64,000 nucleotides of DNA from Elusimicrobiota bacterium (GTDB lineage Bacteria; Elusimicrobiota; UBA8919): positions 97 through 64,096 of the forward strand of contig JAZDKR010000024.1 of the NCBI GenBank assembly GCA_043802785.1. Reading direction: 5' to 3'. A program made the translations under genes and the position numbers. Under the pieces are notes generated by a model. The model searched no databases and was not told the DNA's origin. It saw only the letters and a list, made by a program, of their open reading frames with translations. How positions within the stretch are numbered: position 1 is the first letter of the stretch; the number at the start of each line of letters is the position of its first letter. Shown here piece after piece: positions 1-8,412 of the stretch.

Positions 1-35
1 GAAGAAAAGAACACTATCATAGAACGTATCGTTAT

Positions 36-149
36 CTAACAAATATGCTTATATTCAGCGGCATCCATGTTGTTCCGCAGTTTATCTGCTGCTTTCCACA
101 ATTTTTCCTCAAAACCAAGATTTCCACCATTTGAATTATTTTTTTTCAT
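36..149 (-). pseudogene. hsdM: Relic of a type I restriction-modification methyltransferase (HsdM N-terminal region). Translates to [37 protein letters not shown], then a stop.
   Basis: Matches the canonical HsdM N-terminal motif ([21 protein letters not shown]). Only 37 codons remain; the downstream frames do not continue the protein. Confidence 0.5.
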
Positions 150-187
150 AATTTATTGTATCGGGAACTGAATGTTGCCACATTTAT

Positions 188-272
188 GTAGTCGCCTGAT
201 TTATCAGGCGCCTTGGATTTGTAGTTGCCTCATTTATCGGATACAAGGGCGCTCAATAAATTGAGCAACTAC
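188..272. repeat. About 1.5 tandem copies of a miniature element with GTAGTTGC / GCAACTAC terminal inverted repeats. Core: gcctgatttatcaggc hairpin plus gcgctcaataaattgagcaactac.
   Basis: Near-identical copies at 42366-42417, 45794-45884 and 54819-54870. Shorter relatives at 12238-12268, 16118-16142, 24586-24616, 34002-34023 and 44331-44353. Confidence 0.75.
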
Positions 273-327
273 AATAACGAATGAAACCGTGCAAATAAGT
301 CAGTCGCCGAAAGCGACCTAATTTAAA

Positions 328-633
328 TTAACTTATCACTTTTTTGACTTTGAAAAACCTGTCCTCTTTTTCAGGAGCGTTGGCAATTATATCGTCAGCA
401 TTATTGGATTTTCTCATTTCATCTTCGCGAAAAACATTTTTCATAACAATAGCGTGTGATGTTGGCAAAATATTTTCAGTATCTAATTTATTAAGTTCGT
501 CTATATGCTCCAAAACTACATTTAATTGCCCGGCAAATTTATTCTTTTCATCAGCCGTTAAAGAAAGCCGTGCAAGTTTTGCTACATATTCAACATCTTT
601 TATTGTTATTTTCATTGTTCGCTCCGCGAACAC
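328..633 (-). CDS. gatC: Asp-tRNA(Asn)/Glu-tRNA(Gln) amidotransferase subunit C. The likely true start is the internal MKITIKDVEYVAKLARL, near 615.
   Basis: About 95 aa. The N-terminal DVEYVAKLARLSL and the overall pattern fit the GatC family. Confidence 0.8.
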   Translation of the reverse strand: MFAERTMKITIKDVEYVAKLARLSLTADEKNKFAGQLNVVLEHIDELNKLDTENILPTSHAIVMKNVFREDEMRKSNNADDIIANAPEKEDRFFKVKKVIS

Positions 634-726
634 GCGAATAAACGCTAATCTAACGCTAATTATCGCAAATTATTTGCGTGTATTCGCGTTGCCTTCTATT
701 CGTGTCAATTCGCGTTTGTCAATCCA
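611..726. promoter_or_regulatory. Divergent copy of the phased CGCGAA/ACGCTAA direct-repeat array (member A1), lying between gatC and uvrD.
   Basis: TTCGCG / CGCGAA motifs repeated every 10-12 bp. Related to the arrays at 2921-3012, 3361-3441, 9556-9695, 42478-42550 and 50396-50510. Confidence 0.5.
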
Positions 727-2936
727 GCGTATTTTACCAAAAGTTTTTTCCAGAAGCCGGCGTCAAACTGAACAATAACTTTTGATTCGTCGCCGGAACC
801 AATTGCCTCTAAAATTTTCCCCTCTCCAAACTCCGAATGTTTTATTCGCATACCTTTATAAAAATAACCCGCCTCGCCGTGAACAGACCCAGATTGCACT
901 GCTTCCTGTTGAAAATCTGCCATGGCGGGTTGGTGTCCAATCAGAGTTGCATCTCTAAAAATTGGTTCGCGACACTCTTTTTTGAGTCCTGCCTCCTTCA
1001 CAAATCTTGAAGGAATACACCACCTCAATTGTCCATAAACTCTTCGTTGCGAAGCACCTGAAAGATAAAGATGTTCCTTTGCACGAGTCATCCCAACATA
1101 ACAGAGTCGTCTCTCTTCTTCAAGTTCTTCTAATGAATAAGCGGAATCGCCGACAGGAAAAAGTCCTTCCTCAAGCCCGGTGATAAAAACACACGGAAAT
1201 TCAAGTCCTTTGGCAAGATGAAGTGTTATTAATGTAACAAAGTCCTTTTTTTCGTCCCAAACACCAGCATCGGAAACAAGAGCAATATTTTCAATAAATG
1301 TTGCTAATTTTTTGTCCGGAGAATTCTGTTCAAAATCCACAATTGCCGACACAAGTTCCTGGACATTCTCAATCCTAGAACGCGATTCAATATCGTTTTG
1401 TGCCTCTAAAAGTTGAATGTATCCGGTTTCATCAATTACTATTTTTACAATTTCCGAGCAATGCATATTTTCTTTTTCGGCGAGCATTGAATCAATGAGT
1501 TTAATAAATTTTTCAGCCCTCGGGAGTTGTCCGTTTTGATACATTTCTTTTGCCGACTGATAAAGTGTTAAATTTTTGCAATTTGCCACAGCATTATTTT
1601 CTATTGATGAAAGTGTAACTTTGCCTATGCCTCTGGTTGGTGTGTTGATTATTCTTTTGAAACTGATGCTGTCGGAAGGATTATTGATTAACTTCAAATA
1701 GCCGAGGATATCCTTTACTTCCGCCCGCTCATAAAATCGTTGACTTCCGACGACAATAAAAGGCATTCCGAAACGAGTGAGTGTTTCTTCAAAAATACGC
1801 GACTGTGCATTTGTCCTGTAAAAAACTGCAAAATCAGAAAGCGATTTTCCTTCTGCGAAAATTTGGGATTTTATTTTTTCCGCTACACCTGTTGCCTCGG
1901 CAAATTCGTCCCTGAATTCAGTATAAGATACATCCTCGCCCTGTTGTTTATCTGTCCACAAATGTTTCGGCTTTCTGTGATGATTGTAACCTATCAGTTT
2001 TCCCGCTGTCTCAAGTATGTTTTTGGTAGAACGGTAATTTTGTTCAAGATACACGACGGTTGTTTTCTGGTAATCCCTTTCAAACTCCATAATGTTTCGG
2101 ACATCAGCACCACGCCAGGAATAAATCGTCTGGTCATCATCACCAACAACACAGATATTTTTGTATTTCGCCGCCAAAAGTTTCGTCAAAACATACTGTG
2201 CGTAATTTGTATCCTGATATTCGTCAATCATAATATATTTGAATCTTTCCTGATATTTTTCCAGCACACTTCGTGTGTTTTTAAAAAGTTCCACGGTGTA
2301 CCGTAAAAGATCGCCGAAATCAACAGCATTTGCATCTTCTAATTTCTTTTGATAAAGTTCATAGACATCGGCGACAATTTTTTTTATAGAATCCGGTGTG
2401 GTGTTAGCATGAATACTATACGATTCCGCATCCAAAAGTTTGTCCTTCGCGGATGAAATCATTCCCAAAATTAAAGATGGTTTGAATTTTTCAATATCGT
2501 AATTCAACTCTTTAAGGCAGGTCTCAACTATTTTTTTAGAGTCATTACCATCATAAATTGTAAAATCTTTGCCGAAGGGTCCGACCTGCGAGCCGTCAGG
2601 CAAAGTGTGTGCCGCCTCCATCCGTAAAACCCTTGCACAGAAAGAATGATAAGTGGAAATCCAGACATTAGCTGACGACGAACTGACAAGATTATTAATT
2701 CTCTCTCTCATCTGGGCAGCCGCTTTATTCGTAAATGTCATCGCTAAAACATTCCATGGAGCGATGCCTCCGATTTGAAGAATATGGGCGATGCGATAGG
2801 TGATAACACGGGTTTTTCCGGAACCGGCACCGGCAAGAATTAGAAGCGGTCCCTCGGTACATTTCACCGCATCCTGTTGCTTCGGATTCAAATCATCAAA
2901 AAGGTTCTTCATAAAAACAACGCGAATACACGCCAA
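705..2936 (-). CDS. uvrD: ATP-dependent DNA helicase, UvrD/PcrA family. The likely start is MKNLFDDLNPKQ, near 2912.
   Basis: Walker A motif AGAGSGKT. Full-length UvrD/PcrA architecture, about 735 aa. Confidence 0.9.
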   Translation of the reverse strand: MACIRVVFMKNLFDDLNPKQQDAVKCTEGPLLILAGAGSGKTRVITYRIAHILQIGGIAPWNVLAMTFTNKAAAQMRERINNLVSSSSANVWISTYHSFCARVLRMEAAHTLPDGSQVGPFGKDFTIYDGNDSKKIVETCLKELNYDIEKFKPSLILGMISSAKDKLLDAESYSIHANTTPDSIKKIVADVYELYQKKLEDANAVDFGDLLRYTVELFKNTRSVLEKYQERFKYIMIDEYQDTNYAQYVLTKLLAAKYKNICVVGDDDQTIYSWRGADVRNIMEFERDYQKTTVVYLEQNYRSTKNILETAGKLIGYNHHRKPKHLWTDKQQGEDVSYTEFRDEFAEATGVAEKIKSQIFAEGKSLSDFAVFYRTNAQSRIFEETLTRFGMPFIVVGSQRFYERAEVKDILGYLKLINNPSDSISFKRIINTPTRGIGKVTLSSIENNAVANCKNLTLYQSAKEMYQNGQLPRAEKFIKLIDSMLAEKENMHCSEIVKIVIDETGYIQLLEAQNDIESRSRIENVQELVSAIVDFEQNSPDKKLATFIENIALVSDAGVWDEKKDFVTLITLHLAKGLEFPCVFITGLEEGLFPVGDSAYSLEELEEERRLCYVGMTRAKEHLYLSGASQRRVYGQLRWCIPSRFVKEAGLKKECREPIFRDATLIGHQPAMADFQQEAVQSGSVHGEAGYFYKGMRIKHSEFGEGKILEAIGSGDESKVIVQFDAGFWKKLLVKYAGLTNAN

Positions 2937-3012
2937 TCAAACACAAATATTCGCGAATAATTCGCATTACATTCGCGACCATTCGCGTTGTCTCTTATTC
3001 GCGTTTATTCGC
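2921..3012. promoter_or_regulatory. CGCGAA phased repeat array (A2), directly upstream of the uvrD start.
   Basis: Sequence cgcgaata...attcgcgaataattcgcattacattcgcgaccattcgcgttgtctcttattcgcgtttattcgcgtg. It is the same family as the element at 9556-9695. Confidence 0.6.
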
Positions 3013-3418
3013 GTGCATCTTCCGTAACTATCTCTTTAATCTCTTTAATATCTTTAATCTTTACAACATCGGACATTTTCAATTTTGAAAATTTAACCCC
3101 ATACCGATAAATACCGTCTTTCTCTTCGGCACGCATAATTTCACACATTACTTCCATCGGTATACTCATACGCACAAAAAACGGCTTTTTCTCATCAATC
3201 TTAAAATTGGTTTCAAATGCAATCCCGGTTTTTGATAAATCAAAAACGCAACCCTTTCCACTTAATTCAAGAGTTTCTGCATTGTAAATATCCGCCACAA
3301 TCATCATTGGCAACCGTCTGTGTTTTCTTTTTTCTTTTGACATATTTCCACCTCCGTAAAAGCACGCGAATTTACGCGAATCAAACGCAAATATTCGAGA
3401 ATATTCGCGTTCCTTCAT
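3005..3418 (-). CDS. PilZ-domain c-di-GMP-binding protein. The likely start is MSKEKRKHRRL, near 3343; the residues before it are encoded by repeat A3.
   Basis: Has the PilZ signatures: an RxxxR-like stretch (KRKHRRL) and DLSKTGIAFE (a D/NxSxGG-like motif). Confidence 0.65.
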   Translation of the reverse strand: MKEREYSRIFAFDSRKFACFYGGGNMSKEKRKHRRLPMMIVADIYNAETLELSGKGCVFDLSKTGIAFETNFKIDEKKPFFVRMSIPMEVMCEIMRAEEKDGIYRYGVKFSKLKMSDVVKIKDIKEIKEIVTEDARE

Positions 3419-3441
3419 TCGCGTGTATTCGCGTTTTTCAG
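3361..3441. promoter_or_regulatory. CGCGAA phased repeat array (A3), upstream of the PilZ gene.
   Basis: Sequence acgcgaatttacgcgaatcaaacgcaaatattcgagaatattcgcgttccttcattcgcgtgtattcgcg. Confidence 0.55.
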
Positions 3442-4373
3442 AATTTCACAACGAAACTGCCTTTGGGTCTTGCATGGTCTTTTTTTGCTCTTGATTTCAA
3501 CTCTGCCATTTTTTCACCTATAGCCGATAATGGCGGAAACGGATTTTTTTCGTTTGTAAGAACTCCGATTGAGACGGTCATCAATGGAAAGTTTTTCATT
3601 TTGTCATCTTTGTCACGGGAAGTAATATAGCCCTTTTTCGCATCTTCGTCGTCGTAGTATTGGAAAACTAATTTGTCAAATCTTTTCGTCGCAGTGTTCA
3701 CGACATTATCAACTCTGTCAACCGTGGTAATAAAAATAAAATCGTCACCGCCGATGTGTCCTATAAAATCATTCTGATTACCGGCTTCCTCTATTGCTTT
3801 GATAAGAACATCCGCAGTAAACAAAATTGCCTCATCGCCTTTTTTGAAACCGTATACATCGTTGTATATCTTGAAATTATCAATATCCAGATAGCAAAAA
3901 GCAAAAGATCCTTTTTTGATGAGACGGTCTTTGAACTCTTTCTCAATAAAAAAATTGCCGGGAAGTTTTGTCAAAGGATTGTATCCCATACCTTCCGTAC
4001 GTCTTTCTAATAGCCGATCCATGCGGGCTTTTAACTCCTGCACATTAAAAGGTTTTGACAGAAAATCATCGGCGCCAAGTTCAATTCCTTTTGCTTTTTC
4101 CTCGGGACTTATACGGCTTGCGGTGTATAAAATAATCAGTATCGCAGATGTACGCTGGTTGGAACGAAGACGGCGGCAAACCTCATAGCCAGACATTTTC
4201 GGCATTATTAAATCAAGAAAAATAAGGTCGGGTGTGTACGATTCAAGTTTCTTCAACGCTTCTTCGCCAGATGACGCACCTTCCACAATATACCCGTAAA
4301 TTGATAGTAAAAATTCCATATACACAACAACCGATGAATCATCGTCCACAACAAGAATTTTTTTCTTTTCCAT
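3438..4373 (-). CDS. Response regulator with a receiver domain and a GGDEF domain. The motif reads GGDDF and there is no I-site.
   Basis: N-terminal receiver (VVDDD ... FLDLIMP ... SKP). C-terminal GGDEF fold with HIGGDDFIFI. Confidence 0.75.
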   Translation of the reverse strand: MEKKKILVVDDDSSVVVYMEFLLSIYGYIVEGASSGEEALKKLESYTPDLIFLDLIMPKMSGYEVCRRLRSNQRTSAILIILYTASRISPEEKAKGIELGADDFLSKPFNVQELKARMDRLLERRTEGMGYNPLTKLPGNFFIEKEFKDRLIKKGSFAFCYLDIDNFKIYNDVYGFKKGDEAILFTADVLIKAIEEAGNQNDFIGHIGGDDFIFITTVDRVDNVVNTATKRFDKLVFQYYDDEDAKKGYITSRDKDDKMKNFPLMTVSIGVLTNEKNPFPPLSAIGEKMAELKSRAKKDHARPKGSFVVKF

Positions 4374-4443
4374 AAAATACCCCTATACTGACAATTTTAC
4401 CACAAAGTAGCAGAGAAAGATGACAATATGTTCTTCTCACCCT

Positions 4444-5805
4444 TCACGGCCGTATCAGAATACCATGCACTTTTAATATCTGCATCGCCATCTCAAGAAT
4501 CTCATCTTTTACTATATCTTTTTGCCCTCCGGACACCGTCGTAGATGTTTTTACATCATACCTGCCTGACGGCTCGCCTCGCCCTCTTATCGTCGAGGAT
4601 GGCTGCGAAGCGGGCTGCCGAGCAGGTTTTTTGTCCCTGTCTCTGGCATCCGCAATTTCAGTATCAATCTCCTGTTTTTGAAGTGATATCTCTGCTTCTC
4701 GGCTAACCTCAACAACTATGTCTGGTGTAATGCCGCCTGTTTTCTTTTCTTCGTCACGATGAATACATTTTCCCGACGGTGTGTAATACTTCTGTGTCGT
4801 AAGTCGCAAAGATGACTCGCCTTCCAAAGGAAGCAATGACTGCACGGAACCCTTGCCGAATGACTGCATTCCAACAATAATTCCCCTTTTATTATCCTGC
4901 ATACAACCGGCAACTATTTCACTGCCGGATGCGGAACCTTTGTTGACAAGAACGGCAAGCGGAATATCGGAATATGGAGCCGTAGCATCAGCACGATATT
5001 CATATTTTGGAAACTTTCTGCCCTGTGTATAGACGATAAGTTTGTTTTCGCCGATAAATCTTTTACAGATGTCCGCCGCGGTATTGAGCAGCCCACCTGG
5101 GTCGTTTCTTAAATCAACAATTAGTGACTTCATTCCCTTGCTTTTCAAATCTAACAATGCCTTGTCAAGTTCTTCAATTGTCTTGGCAGTCATCTCGGTA
5201 ATTCTAAAGTATCCGATTGACTCGTCCAACATTTTTGTGCAAGTTACAGTAATAATGGGAATATCCTCACGAGTGATTGTTAAATCAAACGGCTCAGTTT
5301 TTTCCCGAAATATCGTAATTGTAACTTTCGTTCCGGGTTTTCCGCGAAGTTTTTCTACTGCTTTATCCGTTGAAATATCTTTTGCACTTTCGCCGTCAAT
5401 TTTTATAATTTTATCCTCGGGCAAAATTCCCATTCTCCATGCGGGCGTTCCGGGGATAGGTGTGACAACCGTAATCCATCCGTCTTTTGAAGATGTAATT
5501 CTGATGCCGAGCCCTCCGAAATGTCCTTCGGTATGAACCTTCATTTCTTTCGCTTCCTGCGGCTCCATAAACTGTGAATACGGGTCAAGAGTTCTTATCA
5601 TACCGTCGGCCGCACCGTAAATAAGTTTTTTCATATCCGGCTCGTCCACATAACTTTCACGGACATAAACTAATATCTGTGACAAAATTTTTATCTGTCC
5701 GTAAATATCGTCACTGGCAGCTTTTATGGTATCAAATTTGGACAGCGACACACTTATTACAAAAAACAAAACAGCGACAAAAACCCAACCTTTTTTCTTT
5801 AACAT
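4444..5805 (-). CDS. ctpA: C-terminal processing peptidase, family S41 (CtpA/Prc-like), with a PDZ domain. Carries an in-frame repeat insertion near the C-terminus, at about 4555-4626.
   Basis: Signal anchor, PDZ domain, GSASGSEIVAG and a conserved S41 core. The insertion encodes PARQPASQPSSTIRGRGEPSGRYD. Confidence 0.8.
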   Translation of the reverse strand: MLKKKGWVFVAVLFFVISVSLSKFDTIKAASDDIYGQIKILSQILVYVRESYVDEPDMKKLIYGAADGMIRTLDPYSQFMEPQEAKEMKVHTEGHFGGLGIRITSSKDGWITVVTPIPGTPAWRMGILPEDKIIKIDGESAKDISTDKAVEKLRGKPGTKVTITIFREKTEPFDLTITREDIPIITVTCTKMLDESIGYFRITEMTAKTIEELDKALLDLKSKGMKSLIVDLRNDPGGLLNTAADICKRFIGENKLIVYTQGRKFPKYEYRADATAPYSDIPLAVLVNKGSASGSEIVAGCMQDNKRGIIVGMQSFGKGSVQSLLPLEGESSLRLTTQKYYTPSGKCIHRDEEKKTGGITPDIVVEVSREAEISLQKQEIDTEIADARDRDKKPARQPASQPSSTIRGRGEPSGRYDVKTSTTVSGGQKDIVKDEILEMAMQILKVHGILIRP

Positions 5806-5811
5806 TTTATT

Positions 5812-5948
5812 TCCCCCAGTTGGAACAGGGTGTAGGGGATAGTGGTTAGGGGATAGTTAAAATCAACGACTTTTCTACACCCTAAATCCTACCCACTATT
5901 CCCTGTCGTTTAACTACTCCCTACTCCCTATTCCCTACTCCCTGCCTT
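5812..5948. repeat. Hairpin made of GGGGATAG-type tandem units plus the inverted copies (ctactccctattccctactccctgcc).
   Basis: Sequence gggtgtaggggatagtggttaggggatag ... ctacaccctaaatcctacccactattccct. Several GGGG runs. Confidence 0.6.
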
Positions 5949-5949
5949 T

Positions 5950-7194
5950 TTATTTCAGCCACACCAGCGGGTCCTGCGGAACACCATTTTTGCGAAATTC
6001 AAAATACAACGACGCATCCTGCGAATAGACGGAAATACCGACGATACCGATATCTTCACCTTTCTGAATATCCTGCTCCTCTTTAACATTTATCTTGTCA
6101 AGATTACCATAAACCGTGTAAAATCCGCCGGAGTGGTCAATAACAACCATTTTTCCGTACGACTTAAAATCGCCCGCAAACACAACTTTTCCTTTGTCAA
6201 CCGCTGCGATATTTTGTCCGAGCGTTGACCTAATCCTGATTCCATTATTTATAATCCATGTATCAAGTTCCGGATGCTTTTGTTTGCCGAAAGTTACAGT
6301 TAAATTATTCCTTAATTCCGACGGTTCACCGTCAATAGGCCATGATATATTACCTTTCTTTTTTGACATTTTTAATCTTTCTAATTGCTCTTCCTCTTTT
6401 TGTCTAACAGTTTTAGTTGCTTTTTTTTCCAAAAGTTTTATTAACTCTGAAAGCATCGTCTCTGAATCCCGCAAATTTGCAACCTCCTGCTCATAAAAGA
6501 CCAGTTTTTTAACTACGGTTGATAATAATTTTTTTTTTTCTTTTTTTTGTCGTGCGTACAATTGTTCAGAGTTTTTTTTCTTTTCTTCAAGTTCTTTTAA
6601 TCCGTTCATCTCCGTTTCAAGTTTTATTTTAATTGTTTCATATTCCTGAACATTTTTTAGCGTCTGCGTGTAAATAAACAATTTTTGCCGTGCTAAAAGT
6701 TGAAGAAACTTATACTGTTTAACCATATCAGCAGACGAATTTGAAGAAAGTATTATTCTTGCAGGATACTGGTCGGTCATGGGTCTCCCTACACCATATT
6801 TATATGCAAATCTTAATTCTTTTTTAAATATATTTTTCCATCTAACCGTTTCAAATTTTGCAGTTTCTAATTTTAATTTCAGTGCATCAATTGATTTTTG
6901 CTGTTTTTTTATTAGTATTTTTGTTCTGTACAATTCGGCTTTTGTGGTTTCAAGTTTCCTTACAGTATTTTCAAGATGCGTTTCAAGAGATGCCTCTTTC
7001 TTCTTTATGGTTTTTATATTATTTTCTTTATGAGAAATTTCCGACTGAACACCGACAAGTTCTTTTCTACTTTCTTTAATTTTCTGTTTATATTCTTTTA
7101 CCTGTTTATCATAATCGGAAGCATAAAGGGCAGGGGTTAGGGTATAGGGTATAGGGTATAGGAAAAGCAAAAACAATAAAATAAATTTTTTCAT
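5950..7194 (-). CDS. envC: Coiled-coil M23 peptidase-domain protein, resembling the murein hydrolase activator EnvC.
   Basis: Signal peptide, a long coiled coil and a C-terminal M23 domain (VVIDHSGGFYTVYGNL). Lies next to ftsX. The N-terminal LYPIPYTLTP stretch is encoded by (GGGTATAG)3. Confidence 0.7.
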   Translation of the reverse strand: MKKFILLFLLFLYPIPYTLTPALYASDYDKQVKEYKQKIKESRKELVGVQSEISHKENNIKTIKKKEASLETHLENTVRKLETTKAELYRTKILIKKQQKSIDALKLKLETAKFETVRWKNIFKKELRFAYKYGVGRPMTDQYPARIILSSNSSADMVKQYKFLQLLARQKLFIYTQTLKNVQEYETIKIKLETEMNGLKELEEKKKNSEQLYARQKKEKKKLLSTVVKKLVFYEQEVANLRDSETMLSELIKLLEKKATKTVRQKEEEQLERLKMSKKKGNISWPIDGEPSELRNNLTVTFGKQKHPELDTWIINNGIRIRSTLGQNIAAVDKGKVVFAGDFKSYGKMVVIDHSGGFYTVYGNLDKINVKEEQDIQKGEDIGIVGISVYSQDASLYFEFRKNGVPQDPLVWLK

Positions 7195-7195
7195 T

Positions 7196-7552
7196 TTATT
7201 TTCTCAATGCTTTCATAAGCGACGATAACATTTTTCCAATTTCTTCTTGTAAACTGCAAACTTTTACAAAACCTTCTTGACTAATATATCCTAAATCTTT
7301 CGCAACCATAACTTGTGTTTCCAATTCTGCTAACGAACCAAATGCTATTGATAAAAACTGTAAATATTCGCCTGTATATTGCCTCCCATATCCTTCCGCT
7401 ATGTTTGATGGAATTGAAACTGACGCCCTTCGCATCTGCGATGTAAGTCCATATATTTCCGTTTTTGGAAAATCCATTGTGGTTTTATATATCAACAATA
7501 CCAACTGATACGATTTTTGCCAAACTATAAGTTCCCGATAACTCTTAAGCAT
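7196..7552 (-). CDS. Four-helix-bundle protein of the family found in 23S rRNA intervening sequences.
   Basis: About 118 aa. The family motifs (IVWQKSYQL ... IPSNIAEGYGR ... FLSIAFGSLAELETQ) are recognisable. Confidence 0.7.
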   Translation of the reverse strand: MLKSYRELIVWQKSYQLVLLIYKTTMDFPKTEIYGLTSQMRRASVSIPSNIAEGYGRQYTGEYLQFLSIAFGSLAELETQVMVAKDLGYISQEGFVKVCSLQEEIGKMLSSLMKALRK

Positions 7553-7566
7553 ACATTCACTATTCC

Positions 7567-8412
7567 CTATCCCCTATCCCCTGCCTTTTTAATTCTTACC
7601 ACAAGGCATATAATCATCAGAACGATAGAACTTATTATAATTTCCGATTTGCTAAAAAAAACAGGTGTTTTGAAGTTTTGAACGAAAATATGTTCATTCA
7701 TCAGATATAAAATATAAAAGCCAATCCCGCCCCCTATAATAGCGTCTATCATGCCAAAAAAGATTTTTTTATCTCGCATAGCAGACACAGCGAGCGATAA
7801 CGAAACAACTGAAATAACAACAAATATAGCAAAAATTAAGTTCAGCCATCCGATCAAAGTATTGAATGTTTTATTTATAGTTAATAGATTTTCCGCTTCA
7901 ATTGAAGTGTAATAGATATCTTCCACACCGCTGAGTATTTTTATTTCTTCCGCAATTTTTTTTACAATTTCCGGATCTTTTCTCTTTAAGTAAATATCAA
8001 CAGTTGCTGGCAACGGATTTTCTCCAAGAATTTCCATCTGTTTGGCAAACTCGGGATTTTTTCTGAATTCATCCATTGCTTCCGTTTTTGAAGTATATTT
8101 TATTTTGTCAATTATTTTTATATTTTCAATTTTTTTGATAAGTTCGTTTTTCTGATGAACATTTAATTTATCGTCAATAAATGCAACTATTTCAACCCGC
8201 TCGGAAAGTTCGGAAAGATAGTAGGAAAGATTTTTCACGATAAGTGAAAAAAAACCGTAAAACACAACCGAAATTGTAACAAATGCTATAACAAGCAGCC
8301 CCTGCAGATTTCTTTGAAATCTAACCACAGGAGCAGGTGATATTTTTTTCATAACGGACTTCATTGTACCATATTTTAACTGCATGTCAACCAACAACCC
8401 TTCACTCTTCAC
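7567..8412 (-). CDS. ftsX: Cell-division permease-like protein FtsX.
   Basis: FtsX-like topology: one TM helix, a periplasmic domain and three C-terminal TM helices. Sits next to the EnvC-like gene. The C-terminal KAGDRG and the TAG stop are encoded by the GGGGATAG repeat. Confidence 0.65.
   Translation of the reverse strand: MKSEGLLVDMQLKYGTMKSVMKKISPAPVVRFQRNLQGLLVIAFVTISVVFYGFFSLIVKNLSYYLSELSERVEIVAFIDDKLNVHQKNELIKKIENIKIIDKIKYTSKTEAMDEFRKNPEFAKQMEILGENPLPATVDIYLKRKDPEIVKKIAEEIKILSGVEDIYYTSIEAENLLTINKTFNTLIGWLNLIFAIFVVISVVSLSLAVSAMRDKKIFFGMIDAIIGGGIGFYILYLMNEHIFVQNFKTPVFFSKSEIIISSIVLMIICLVVRIKKAGDRG

Noticed and set aside
1740-2306. Plus-strand ORFs overlapping minus-strand genes (for example 1740-2306, 5042-5536, 33411-33938, 43272-43808, and all others in the track).
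   Set aside because: Each lies antisense within a well-supported conserved gene. None has a recognisable motif. They are typical of spurious antisense ORFs in AT-rich DNA.
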